Below, in pieces: positions 8,691 through 22,537 of a stretch of 64,000 nucleotides of DNA; within the stretch, counting starts at the first letter, position 1, and every line of letters begins with the position of its first letter. The translations under genes were made by a program, and so were the position numbers. Origin of the DNA: Eledone cirrhosa (taxonomy: Eukaryota); NCBI GenBank assembly GCA_964016885.1, contig OZ024757.1, forward strand, positions 43,772,001 through 43,836,000, in the 5' to 3' direction. Below the pieces are notes generated by a model, which worked only from the letters and a program-made list of their open reading frames with translations, was not told the origin of the DNA and did no database searches.

Positions 8691-10610
8691 ATGGTCACCC
8701 GGATAGTAAACCAAGTCATACAGAATGGGGTTGTTCTGAAGGACTGGCGTAGCAGCATCATCATTAACTGTTACAAGGGTAAAGGAGATGCCCTAGATAG
8801 GAGTAACTATAGAGGCATTAAATTAATCGACCAGGTCATGAAGGTCACGGAAAAAGTAATAGCGCAACTAATCAGAGAGAGAATTGATCTAGATGAAATG
8901 CAGTTCGGGTTTGTGTCAGGTAAAAGTACCACAGACGCTCTTTTCATTGTACGACAACTACAGGAGAAGTACCTAGTTAAAAGTAAACCCCTATACTTAG
9001 CTTTTGTTGACTTGGAGAAAGCCTTCGACAGAGTCCCCCGTTCCATTATCTGGTGGGCTCTTAGAAAACTAGGTGTTGAGGAATGGCTTGTGAGAGCTAT
9101 ACGAGCCATGTATAAAGAAACAGTCAGCAAGGTTAGAATTAACAACGAATATAGTGAAGAGTTTAGCGTAAAAGTTGGTGTTCATCAGGGCTCCGTCCTT
9201 AGCCCCCTACTATTTATTATTGCCCTTCAGGCTATAACAGTGGAGTTCAAGACCGGCTGCCCATGGGAACTCCTATACGCAGATGATCTAACGCTCATAG
9301 CTGAATCAATGGCCGAGCTAGAGAAGAAATTCCAAACATGGAAGCAAGGCCTAGAATCAGAAGGCCTTAAAATTAACCTGGCTAAGACTAAAGTTCTAGT
9401 TTGTAGGAAAGAAAATAAGGCGCCGGTCCCTTCCGGGAAATGGCCATGCTCAGTGTGTAGGAAAGGCGTAGGTAGAAACTCCATTTTATGTCCCAAATGC
9501 AAAGTATGGGTTCATAAAAGATGTAGTGGGATCACAGGTAAGCTAACTAAGAACATAGATTTTACATGTGGCCGGTGCTCTGGTGCAATAAGTAGCAGCA
9601 AGTGCCCACAAAATACTAGCTCTTTCAATTGCGCAGAGGGTTCTATAGAAATAGTGGACAGCTTCCGTTACCTGGGTGACAAAATCAGCAGTGGGGGAGG
9701 GTGCTCTGAAAGTACAGTAGCTAGAGTCAGAACTGGATGGAAAAAGTTCAGAGAGCTTATACCACTATTAGCCGCTAAAGGGTTCTCCCTAAAAATGAAA
9801 GGCAGGTTGTATGATGCCTGCATATGAACAGCAATGTTGCATGGCAGTGAGACCTGGGCATTGTGTGCAGAGGATATACGCAGACTAGAGAGGAACGAAG
9901 CTTGCATGCTTCGCTGGATGTGTAATAGTAATATATGTGAACGGCAAAGCATAAACGAACTAAGGGAAAAATTAGAAATAAGAGGGATCAGATGTTGTGT
10001 ACTCGAGAGAAGACTACGTTGGTATGGTCCACGTGATGCGGATGAAAGACGACAGCTGTATAAAAAAAATGCAGGGCAATAAAGATAGACGGTAGCCACG
10101 GAGTAGGCAGACCCAGAAAAACCTGGGACGACTTGATAAATTCCGACCTCACACACTTACACCTCTCCAAGACAATGTCACTGGACCGAGATCTTTGGCG
10201 GTACTCAGTAATAGAGAAGACCCGCCTTACCTAGATACAAAGTAAAACCTACTACAGTCAGTAGGCACCTCTAACAAAATACACCCCCACCCCATCCACA
10301 CCGCCCCTTTCGATGTAAAGTTATGTTGGTGCCACAACATCCAGGCCGAAACAAATGAGGTCGTGTAGGTGTCACGACAAAAAAAAAAAACACAGTCCAC
10401 GCAGTAATGTGGCCGTGTAGGTAACACGGTAAAAACCTCTCAGTCCCACACTGTAAATGCGGTTGGTGTTAGGAAGGGCATCCAGCTGTAGAAAACCCGC
10501 CAGACAGTCCTATGCGAGCAAGACAACCACTCTTGCCTCAAGTGGGAAAATTCCCGTCCAAACCCATGCAAGCGTGGAATATGGACGTTAAACGATGATG
10601 ATGATGATGA

Positions 10611-10613
<3 letters not shown>
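8691..10613 (+). mobile_element. RTE LINE (family B), 5'-truncated, RT + PHD + 3' UTR + (GAT)n tail
   Basis: FVDLEKAFDRV, VGVHQGSVLSPLLF, LLYADD, FRYLG; premature TGA 9825-9827, frameshift ~10029; closely similar to 62168-64000. Confidence 0.95.
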
Positions 10614-10645
<32 letters not shown>

Positions 10646-10648
<3 letters not shown>

Positions 10649-11772
10649 CTTTGACATTTCTTAGAAAAAAAATGAAAAAGTTTTGTGAGAACCCCAATGT
10701 TTATTTATTTTATTTTATTTTTAAATAAAATTAATAATATTAATTTTATTTTGAAATTAGGTTTATAAATATTAATTATCAGCAGACCTTTGTAGCAGTC
10801 TTGGCGGCTTAGTGGGAAGTACCAGAGATGGTGAGGTCCTTGTCTGTAGGTTCAATCCTGGTCTGGGAGTTCAATCATTGCTGTAATGTGTCCTGTTAAT
10901 CTTTTTTTAAATTTTCCTCAGAAAAAACTGAAAATCTTTGGTGAGAACCCCAATGTCTATTTATCTAATATAATTTAATTTATTTTATTTTATTTTACTT
11001 TAGTTAAATTGTCAAAACCACTGGTGATCTAAAGTTAGAGGAGACAGATAAAATAGACATATTGTCTCCTCAACCTTTAGATCTTCAGTGTTTTCGACAA
11101 TTTAACTAAAATAAAAAATTAAATTCAATATAATTAAATAAATAGGGGTTCTCTTTTTCAAAGAGATATAGAAAGAAAATTATAAAAGATTAACATGACA
11201 CCTTACATGTATCTCATGGACCAGGATTGAACCTGAGTCCCCAATTCAACCCTCAGACCAGGATTGAACACCCAGAACAGGATCTCACCATCTCTGGTAC
11301 TTCCCACTAAGCTACCGAGACTGATACAAAGATGTACTGAAATTTAATATTTATAAACCTACTTTCAAAATAAAATTAAAAATAAAATATATATATATAT
11401 ATATTCCTTTGACATTTCTTAGAAAAAAGAACTGAAAAAGTTTTGTGAGAACGCCAATGTCTATTTATTTTATTTTATTTTTAATTAAATTAGTTATATT
11501 TTGAAAGTAGGTTTATAAATATTAATTTTCAATAGACCTTTGTAGCAGTCTTGGTGGCTTAGTGGGAAGTACCAGAGATGGTGAGATCCTTGTCTGTAAG
11601 TTCAATTCTTGCTTGGAGACATGTCTAATGTATCCTATTAATCTTTTTTTAATTTTCCTTTTACATCTCTTAGAAATAACTGAAAATCTTTGGTGAGAAC
11701 CCCAATGTCTATTTATCTAATATAATTAATTTAATTTAATTTAATTTAATTTTTATTTTAGTGAAACCACTG
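10646..11772. mobile_element. Foldback element (~640-bp imperfect palindrome 10740-11379) plus a second, truncated left arm (11403-11772)
   Basis: Arms pair around ~11054 (GAGGAGACA/TGTCTCCTC; CTTAGTGGGAAGTACCAGAGATGGTGAG/CTCACCATCTCTGGTACTTCCCACTAAG; TAGGTTTATAAATATTAA/TTAATATTTATAAACCTA). Confidence 0.85.
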
Positions 11773-12207
11773 TTGTATTCAAGAGACCAGGTGGAGGGGT
11801 GGGTCTGCTAGATTCATCGTGGGTAAAGAACGGTGCTATGAACTTTTCTGGGTGGGAAATGACAATGGGCTGGGTATACACATACCACCCCACCACCCCA
11901 CCGTAAAGTGGTCGTGGAGACGCCACGGCAAAAAAGCACCCAGCCCGCTCTGTAAAGCTGACGTGGAGGTGCCACGTAAAAAAGAAAAGCACCCAGCACT
12001 CACTGCAAACTGGGTTGGCGTCAGGAAGGGCACCCAGCTGTAGAAACCAATCCAGAATCAGCTCCCACCCCACCCTTGCAAGCATGGAAAAGCGGACGTA
12101 TGATGAAGTTGATATATATATATATATATTAGTATATATATACACATACATATGTACACATATACACATACATATATATATATACACACACATATATATC
12201 AGTGTAC

Positions 12208-12242
<35 letters not shown>

Positions 12243-14019
12243 AATGAATATTTATTCAATTTAAAGCGCCAATTATCTATATATAACAAGATATGAATTT
12301 TTCTAGGGATGGGGAAATTTTCAGTTTGTTTTTATATTTTCACTTCATTTTTTACTTTCTATTTAATACAGTCTTTGATCCAATATAATCCTGACAGTAT
12401 TTGAACCAGTTTACCTCATATATATGTATGCACACACAACACTCAAGTTTCGCCATCTACTGCTATTTCATTCATATTTATTGTTTAATTAACTCTGGTC
12501 TAATTCATCAACTATTGTTAATTATATTATTACGTAGATTTCTTATAAAATCTAGTGCATATATACGTGTATATATACAGGGAGACACTGTGTAATAGAT
12601 GTAAAGAGAGTGGGAGATAGAGTTATAGAAGTAAAGAGAGGGGGAGAAATAAGCGGTAGATAGAGCAATAGATGTAAAGAGAGGGTTAGAACGTTCAACT
12701 TGACAGTCAGTACATATGCCAACTACCCAACCGGCCAGCCAGCCAGCCGTATTTGCGGTTGACTGGCCAGTTGGGCGGTTGGTATGTGGAACGTTCAACT
12801 ATGCAGTCAGTACCAAAGTTCAACATTGTAGCCAGTGCATATGCCGATCGCCGCGACCTCTTTGCTCTATTTAAATGACCTGGAACTAAGTAAAAAGAGT
12901 AGGAGATAACTCGACAAGAGCGGAGAGGGTGAGATTCGAACCATGTAAAGTCGTTGGCTCCTGAACTTCGTAAGCGGGGCTGCTACTGACTGAGCAACGC
13001 CGGCAGCAAGGCAAATCGCGCATAAAATAACGCTTATATCGAGAAAATAAAACAAAAATTTCAATGTTGCACTTTTGTTTGTTGTTCTTTTATTTTACGT
13101 AAACATTTCGCTGCTCTAGCCTCTTATTTCCTATTAGATTACACTTAATTCCATTAAACATTCATTCTTAGTCTCGTGGTAAACTATTTCATCTATATTT
13201 ATATCGCTGTTACAGCCTTTTATTTCTACATCTATCACCTATAGCCACTGTTACGCCGGTAGTATAAGTAGCTTTATAACAAGAAACGATGATATAACTC
13301 CACAAAATGTCTTCTTGAGCAAGACACTTCACCTCATATTGCTCCAGTACACCGAGTTACACATAGACAGATACATACATACACATATATATGTACACAG
13401 ATAGAAATAAGAGGGAGATAGAGTAAAAGATGTAAAGATAGTGTAAAAGATTTAAAGAGAGGGTGAGAGTGTGACACACATTTATCTGTCTATCTCTCTC
13501 TATTTTAACACCGGTCGTTATAATTAGTTTTATAACACCGCTATATTACCGACATGAAAGAGGTAAATAATTATTTCTTAAATGTTTAGAACATGTTTCT
13601 CTTGTCTTCTTAAATGTATAGAACATGTTTCTTATTTATATTCTTAACATAGCTAGGACCTTATCTCATTTACTGGTCTCTACTTTTAGGGCTTTGCTGG
13701 TCCCATGTGCCCTCCATGAAGACACACTCGCCCCTTCTCTCTCAGTCTCCGTACTAATTACTACACATACGTATATATATTTATTTTAAGAAACCTTAAT
13801 GACAAATAATATAAAGTGTTTGTAAAGTGGGGAAGAGTAGTTTTACGGTGGGGTTGTTATATAGATATCGTTTTTGCAGTGGGGTCGTGACTGGCGTATA
13901 ATAATGAGTCACTGTTGATGTATATACAAATCATATTTTGGATATAAGTGAAGTTATTTAAGAGATTTAGTTGTTTTGTATACATTCCAGTTGTTGTCTC
14001 CCTGTTTCTTCTTCAACAA

Positions 14020-15989
14020 CTATAACGGTACGCGATGGGGCCCACCCACAGCCCCGGCGGACAGAATGGAGAAGGCGTTTCCCCGGAGCACGGCAAGGGA
14101 GACGCGCTGGAAAAGCCACTCCAACTCGCGGGGCTCACACCTGCGACTGGCCAGCTCAGCGCCTATGGTGGTGAGTAAGGAGGTAGCCCTGGGGTCGAGG
14201 ACACCAGAAGTCTCCACTTCCAGGGGTACGACCGCAAACCTGTCGGAGAGTGAACGATATGTGAGGAGTTTGGCCCCCTCAGCCTGACGTGCAGCAGAAC
14301 CTGGGCCAGTCGCAGACTGCACCAGGTTGCGGCTGCAGAAAGTGTCGGTGCAAGTGGCATCCCAGACGAGGGGTTTGCCACCGCGGAACGGGAAGATGGT
14401 CATGCCATCTGGCCTTTTGCCGTCCCCTGGAGCTGGGAAGGGAAGCCTGCAGCGTCCAAGCCATGCTTAATGATTTCGTTGAGGGCAGCATGGCGTGGAT
14501 TGCGGCTGGCACTGTGGCGACAGGAAAGCGGGTGGAGGCCGAAAGAGTCCATGGTGGAACGGCAGCGACATTGGTGTGAGGCCGAGCCTCAGGGAAACGC
14601 CGATGCGCAAGCTATGGTTGAAGGAGGGCAGGGCATGGAGCCAGGCCCCACTGTGGGGTTTGGAGGCCGCACGAAAACAAACAAGGCGGTGCTGGTCGAG
14701 CTGGCACGTGAGCCTGTCTGAGGCCAGGCTGCACTGGATGGCATCCCAAGTGTGTTGGGGGGACTTGACGTCAACAGGGGGAGAAGGAGGAGGAACGTCT
14801 ACTGGGCTAAGTCCCAGCCGGTGCCACGTCTCACAGGCGGCCACGCGTTCTCTGAACACAGAGGGTTCTGTTGTGTTTTGAAGAACCCTGCTGAGGTGGA
14901 CGTGGTACGAGGTTACCGACGAAAGATACGCCGGCAAAGCTAGTGAGATCGGGGACTGGAGGCGAAGGTCGCCATACCTGATAGGTAAAGTTGCATATCT
15001 CATCGGCTGCTGCTCGGATACAAGTCTGGGTGTAGCACAGAGTGTATAGAGGAGCTTCGGCATGGCGTAGCAGTTCCTCAGCAGAAAGAGAACTGGGTGG
15101 CCATCAATCAAGCCCAGTCGGCTCGTGAGAGTCTGAACTTGATGGTGGAGCGGATGGCCGGCGGGTGGATCGGTGAGGGCATCCTCTTTGGGGGTCACCT
15201 GAACCTGGCGGAGAATGGACCGCACGTCCAAGACGGAGACTGCAAAGCTTGCAGCATCGAGGCTGACATTCACCACCTCCGACTTGGCTGAGTTGACCTG
15301 GAGGTCGATTCCCGCCAGGGCAGGAACCACCGATTGAAGGTCATGGCAGACCGCCTGTACGGGCCCACCCAAAGTAGCATCATCCAGATACCAAACGTTG
15401 AGAGGGGCCGTTATACTCCGGGCGATGTGGTCAATACCAAGGGTGAACAGGAGGGGTCCCAAAGGGTTGCCCTGTTGGATCCCAGTAGCCAAGGGTATGA
15501 CCGTATCAGCAGCATGTCGCATGCTCGGGGCTCCATATGACAGCTAGGCAGAGGGGGCTCGGCTGAGGCAGGCCTCGAGCAGATGATCCCAGCGTAAAGA
15601 GTTGAAGGCATTCCTCATGTCAAACTTGACAATGAGGTGGCTGGAGTCCCTGGATGCCGGTTCCGAGTGTTACGGACTTGCAGGTTACCTTGGCAGCCAG
15701 CCTCCGGAAGACATTGCCCACAGCAATGGGGCGTATGCCACCCTCTTTCTTCCTGAGAGCGGTGAAGCTGGCTGAAAAAAAGAGGCCTCGAGCATAAGAG
15801 TCCAGGGCGCCATGGATGAGCCTATTGGTGAGCGCCACAATTGCACTCAGAAGGCGGCGCCCGGCCTCAGCGGAGAGGGGAGATGTCAACTCCTTGAGGA
15901 GGCCTGGTCAGAGACCATCAACATCACCGCAGCTGCTAGCTGGGAAGGACCTGATGGCGGACATGATGTCTGCATCAGAAGCCACAAGG
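14020..15989 (-). mobile_element. CRE-like retrotransposon relic (U2), least degraded copy
   Basis: 351-aa open RT segment 14467-15522; intact CCHC knuckle HQCRCRSTMDSFGLHPLSCRHSASRNPRHAALNE at ~14470-14575; RLE ORF 14020-14403. Confidence 0.9.
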
Positions 15990-16632
15990 AGCAAGTGTGG
16001 ATTACAATACAAAACCTCTGAGAATGATTTCTAAGATATTTCACCATAATTAATTTTCATCAATATATATTGATATTATTATTGTTTATTAGGTCAGGTG
16101 GATTGGCCAGAACAATTCTACTCTTCTTTTTTAGATGTCACGATTTTTCATGGCATTCCTGAGATCATTAATCTCCAGCTGGAGATCCAGAGACATCTGA
16201 TGTATGTAGGTGAACCTCAGTCATCCCACTTGGGTCTTACTATGTTTAGGTATCCACCACAGGAGCCAGCTCATCAGGTCATCCTACCCTCAGCAGCAAT
16301 GTCCAGCATCTATTGATTTCCGCTCCCTAGTTATTGTGGTAATCTTCGATATCTGGGAATATATTTCTTCTGCTTAAGGGAGTAATAAATATATAGTTTT
16401 AAAAAAAACATATATATACACACACATATATATATGTTGTCATTTATAAGAGTTCTCTATCAAAAGCCTTCTCTATGTCCAAAGCTATGTATAGTGGCTT
16501 ATTTTTCTCTAAGAACCTCTTTTGTAGTTGTCTCACTAAGAAGAGGGCATCTGTTGCACTTTTCAGCGGCACAAAACCAAACTGCATCTCATACATATAC
16601 ATACATACATACATATACACATACATACATAC

Positions 16633-16983
16633 ATCATCATCATCATCATCATCATTTCGTTTTAAGTCCGCTTTTTCCCTGCTTGCAAGGGTGGGACGGG
16701 AACTGATTCTGGCTTGATTTCTACAGCTGGATGCCCTTCCTAACACCAACCTCATTTACAGTGAGTGCTGAGTGCTTTTTTGCCGTGGCACCTCCACGAC
16801 CACTTTGCAGTGGAATGATATGGACCCCAGTCCCTATCATCTCATTTCTACAGCTGAGTAAACTGGAGCAATGTGAAATAAAGTGTCTTGCTCAAGGAAA
16901 CAACACATCACCCGGTCTGAGAATTGAACTCACAACCTTTCGATTGCCAGGCCAATGCTCGAACCACTAAGCCATGTGCCTCC
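16633..16983 (-). mobile_element. Same SINE (U3)
   Basis: Near-identical to 911-1264. Confidence 0.88.
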
Positions 16984-18041
16984 ATATACATATACATATA
17001 CATACACATACATATACATACATATATATATACATACATACATATATACACATACATACATACACATACATACACATATACATACATATATATACATACA
17101 TACACATACATATATATATATATATACATAATATAAATATACACACATACACATACATAAGCATATACACATAAGTATATTTACATATACACACGTATAT
17201 ATACATATACATACATACATATATACACATACATACATATATACATACATACACACATATACATACATATATACATATACACATACATACATATACATAC
17301 ATATACACATACATACATATATATATATACATACACACACATATATACATACACACACATATATACAAACACATACATATACACATATATACACATACAT
17401 ACACATACATATACATACATATACACATATACACTCATATATACATATACATACATACACACACATACATACATATATACATATACATACATAAAGACAA
17501 ATCCACCTCATGGACGAGAATGCAAGGGCTCCTCCTCTTTGTTTCGGCCGCGGATGGCTAACCCTAACCCCATCCCCGCTCCCCACTGCTCCCAACCTCC
17601 AAACGCAATCCAAAACTTCAGAGTTGGTACCATTAATGTAGGCACCTTATAGGGTGGCTCTAACGAGGTTGTAGAAATGCTTGAACGTAAGGAGGTCGAT
17701 GTTTGTTGTATTCAAAAGACCAGGTGGAGGGGTGGGTCTGCTAGATTCATCGTGGGTAAAGAACGATGCTATACGCTTTTCTGTGTGGCAAATGACAATG
17801 GGGTGGGTATACACATACCACCCCACCTCCTCACCGCAAAGTGGTCGTGGAGGCGCCGCGGCCAAAAAGCACCCAGCCCACACTGTAAAGCTGACGTGGA
17901 GGTGCCACGGAAAAATAAAAGCACCCAGCACTCACTGCAAACGGGGTTGGCGTCAGGAAGGGCACCCAGCTGTAGAAACCAATCCAGAATCAGCTCCCAC
18001 CCCACCCTTGCAAGCATGGAAAAGCGGACGTATGATGAAGT

Positions 18042-18080
<39 letters not shown>

Positions 18081-19916
18081 TATATATATACACATATATA
18101 TATACACACATATATATCAGTGTACATATATATATACATATATATATATATATAAATGAATATTTATTCAATTTAAAGCGCCAATTATCTATATATAACA
18201 AGATATGAATTTTTCTAGGGATGGGGAAATTTTCAGTTTGGTTTTTATATTTTCACTTCATTTTTTACTTTCTATTTAATACAGTCTTTGATCCAATATA
18301 ATCCTGACAGTATTTGAACCAGTTTACCTCATATATATGTATGCACACACAACACTCAAGTTTCGCCATCTACTGCTATTTCATTCATATTTATTGTTTA
18401 ATTAACTCTGGTCTAATTCATCAACTATTGTTAATTATATTATTACGTAGATTTCTTATAAAATCTAGTGCATATATACGTGTATATATACAGGGAGACA
18501 CTGTAATAGATGTAAAGAGAGTGGGAGATAGAGTTATAGAAGTAAAGAGAGGGGGAGAACTAAGCGGTAGATAGAGTAATAGATGTAAAGAGAGGGTTAG
18601 AACGTTCAACTTGACAGTCAGTACAATGTTCAGCATGGTAGCCAGTACATATGCCAACTACCCAACCGGCCAGCCAGCCGCATATGCGGTTGACTGGCCA
18701 GTTGGGCGGTTGGTATGTGGAACGTTCAACTACGCAGTCAGTACCAAAGTTCAACATTGTAGCCAGTGCATATGCCGATCGCCGCGCCCTCTTTGCTCTA
18801 TTTTAATGACCTGGAACTAAGTAAAAAGAGTAGGAGATAACTCGACAAGAGCGGAGAGGGTGAGATTCGAACCATGTAAAGTCGTTGGCTCCTGAACTTC
18901 GTAAGCGGGGCTGCTACTGACTGAGCAGCGCCGGCAGCAAGGCAAATCGCGCATAAAATAACGCTTATATCGACAAAAAAAAAAAAAAAATTTCAATGTT
19001 GCACTCTTGTTTGTTGTTCTTTTATTTTACGTAAACATTTCGCTGCTCTAGCCTCTTATTTCCTATTAGATTACACTTAATTCCATTAAACATTCATTCT
19101 AAGTCTCGTGGTAAACTATTTCATCTATATTTATATCGCTGTTACAGCCTTTTATTTCTACATCTATCACCTATAGCCACTGTTACGCCGGTAGTAACAA
19201 GAAACGATGATATAACTCCACAAAATGTCTTCTTCAGCAAGACACTTCACTTCATATTGCTCCAGTACACCGAGTTACACATAGACAGATACATACATAC
19301 ATACACAGATAGAAATGAGAGGTAGATAGAGTAAAAGATTTAAAGAGAGTGTGAAAAGTACGAGTTAGATAGTGTAAAAGATTTAAAGAGAGGGTGAGAG
19401 TGTGACACACATTTATCTGTCTATCTCTCTCTATTTTAACACCGGTCGTTATAATTAGTTTTATAACACCGCTATATTACCGACATGAAAGAGGTAAATA
19501 ATTATTTCTTAAATGTTTAGAACATGTTTCTCTTGTCTTCTTAAATGTATAGAACATGTTTCTTATTTATATTCTTAACATAGCTAGGACCTTATCTCAT
19601 TTACTGGTCTCTACTTTTAGGGCTTTGCTGGTCCCATGTGCCCTCCATGAAGACACACTCGCCCCTTCTCTCTCAGTCTCCGTACTAATTACTACACATA
19701 CGTATATATATTTATTTTAAGAAACCTTAATGACAAATAATATAAAGTGTTTGTAAAGTGGGGAAGAGTAGTTTTACGGTGGGGTTGTTATATAGATATC
19801 GTTTTTGCAGTGGGGTCGTGACTGGCGTATAATAATGAGTCACTGTTGATGTATATACAAATCATGTTTTGGATATAAGTGAAGTTATTTAAGAGATTTA
19901 GTTGTTTTGTATACAT

Positions 19917-21883
19917 TCATAACGGTACGCGATGGGACCCACCCACAGCCCCGGCGGACAGAATGGAGAAGGCGTTTCCCCGGAGCACGGCAAGGGAGAC
20001 GCGCTGGAAAAGCCACTCCAACTCGCGGGGCTCACACCTGCGGCTGGCCAGCTCAGCGCCTATGGTGGTGAGTAAGGAGGTAGCCCTGGGGCCGAGGACA
20101 CCAGAAGTCTCCACTTCCAGGGGTACGACCGCAAACCTGTCGGAGAGTGAACGATATGTGAGGAGTTTGGCCCCCTCAGCCTGACGTGCAGCAGAACCTG
20201 GGCCAGTCGCAGACTGCACCAGGTTGCGGCTGCAGAAAGTGTCGGTGCAAGTGGCATCCCAGACGAGGGGTTTGCCACCGCGGAACGGGAAGATGGTCAT
20301 GCCATCTAGCCTTTTGCCGTCCCCTCGAGCTGGGAAGGGAAGCCTGCAGCGTCCAAGCCATGCTTAATGACTTCGTTGAGGGCAGCATGGCGTGGATTGC
20401 GGGTGGAGGCCGAAAGAGTCCATGGTGGAACGGCAGCGACATTGGTGTGAGGCCGAGCCTCAGGGAAACGCCGATGCGCAAGCTATTGTTGTCTAGCTGC
20501 GTGCGAGTGGAGAAGGAGGGCAGGGCATGGAGCCAGGCCCCACTGTGGGGTTTGGAGGCTGCACGAAAACAAACAAGGCGGTGCTGGTCGAGCTGGCACG
20601 TGAGCCTGTCTGAGGCCAGGCTGCACTGGATGGCATCCCAAGTGTGTTGGGGGGGACTTGACGTCAACAGGGGGAGAAGGAGGAGGAACGTCTACTGGGC
20701 TAAGTCCCAGCCGGTCCCACGTCTCACAGGCGGCCACGCGTTCTCTGAACACAGAGGGTTCTGTTGTGTTTTGAAGAACCCTGCTGAAGAGGACGTGGTA
20801 CGAGGTTACCGACGAAAGATATGCCGGCAAAGCTAGTGAGATCGGGGACTGGAGGCGAAGGCCGCCATACCTGACAGGTAAAGTTGCATATCTCATCGGC
20901 TGCTGCTCGGATACAAGTTTAGGTGTAGCACAGAGTGTATAGAGGAGCTTCGGCATGGCGTAGCAGTTCCTCAGCAGAAAGAGAACTGGGTGGCCATCAA
21001 TCAAGCCCAGTCGGCTCGTGAGAGTCTGGACTTGATGGAGGAGCGGATGGCCGGCGGGTGGATCGGTGAGGGCATCCTCTTTGGGGGGTCACCTGAACCT
21101 GGCGGAGAATGGACCGCACGTCCAAGACGGAGACTGCAAAGCTTGCAGCATCGAGGCTGACATTCACCACCTCCGACTTGGCTGAGTTGACCTGGAGGTC
21201 GATTCCCGCCAGGGCAGGAACCACCGATTGAAGGTCATGGCAGAACGCCTGTACGGGCCCACCCAAAGTAGCATCATCCAGATACCAAACGTTGAGAGGG
21301 GCCGTTATACTCCAGGCGATGTGGTCAATACCAAGGGTGAACAGGAGGGGTCCCAAAGGGTTGCCCTGTTGGATCCCAGTAGCCAAGGGTATGACCGTAT
21401 CAGCAGCATGGCGCATGCTTGGGGCTCCATATGACAGGTAGGCAGAGGGGGCTCGGCTGAGGCAGGCCTCGAGCAGATGATCCCAGCGTAAAGAGTTGAA
21501 GGCATTCCTCATGTCAAACTTGACAATGAGGTGGCTGGAGGCCCTGGATGCCGGTTCCGAGTGTTACGGACTTGCAGATTACCTTGGCAGCCAGCCTCCG
21601 GAAGACATTGCCCACAGCAATGGGGCGTATGCCATCCTCTTTCTTCCTGAGAGCGGTGAGGCTGGCCGAAAAAAAGAGGCCTCGAGCATAAGAGTCCAGG
21701 GCGCCATGGATGAGCCTATTGGTGAGCGCCACAATTGCACTCAGAAGGCGGCGCCCGGCCTCAGCGGAGAGGGGAGATATCAACTCCTTGAGGAGGCCTG
21801 GTCAGAGACCATCAACATCTCCGCAGCTGCTAGCTGGGAAGGACCTGATGGCGGACATGATGTCTGCATCAGAAGCCACAAGG
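19917..21883 (-). mobile_element. CRE-like retrotransposon relic (U3)
   Basis: Same RT/RLE motifs and lesions as U1 copy. Confidence 0.9.
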
Positions 21884-22537
21884 AGCAAGTGTGGATTACA
21901 ATACAAAACCTCTGAGAATGATTTCTAAGATATTTCACCATAATTAATTTTCATCAATATATATTAATATTATTATTGTTTATTAGGTCAGGTGGATTGG
22001 CCAGAACAATTCTACTCTTCTTTTTTAGATGTCACGATTTTTCATGGCATTCCTGAGATCATTAATCTCCAGCTGGAGATCCAGAGACATCTGATGTATG
22101 TAGGTGAACCTCAGTCATCCCACTTGGCTCTTACTATGTTTAGGTATCCACCACAGGAGCCAGCTCATCAGGTCATCCTACTCTCAGCAGCAATGTCCAG
22201 CATCTATTGATTTCCGCTCCCTAGTTATTGTGGTAATCTTCGATATCTGGGAATATATTTCTTCTGCTTAAGGGAGTAATAAATATATAGTTTTAAAAAA
22301 AACATATATATACACACACATATATATATGTTGTCATTTATAAGAGTTCTCTATCAAAAGCCTTCTCTATGTCCAAAGCTAAGTATAGTGGCTTATTTTT
22401 CTCTAAGAACCTCTTTTGTAGTTGTCTCACTAAGAAGAGGGCATCTGTTGCACTTTTCAGCAGCACAAAACCAAACTGCATCTCATACACATACATACAT
22501 ATACATACATACATACAGATACACATACATACATACA

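Larger units (their letters stand above)
6758..11770. other. ~5 kb non-unit block replacing ~1.1 kb of unit U2
   Basis: Unit homology stops after CAGCGGC (6757 = unit position ~837) and resumes at TGTTGTATTCAAGAG (11771 = unit position ~1951); no target-site duplication. Confidence 0.9.
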
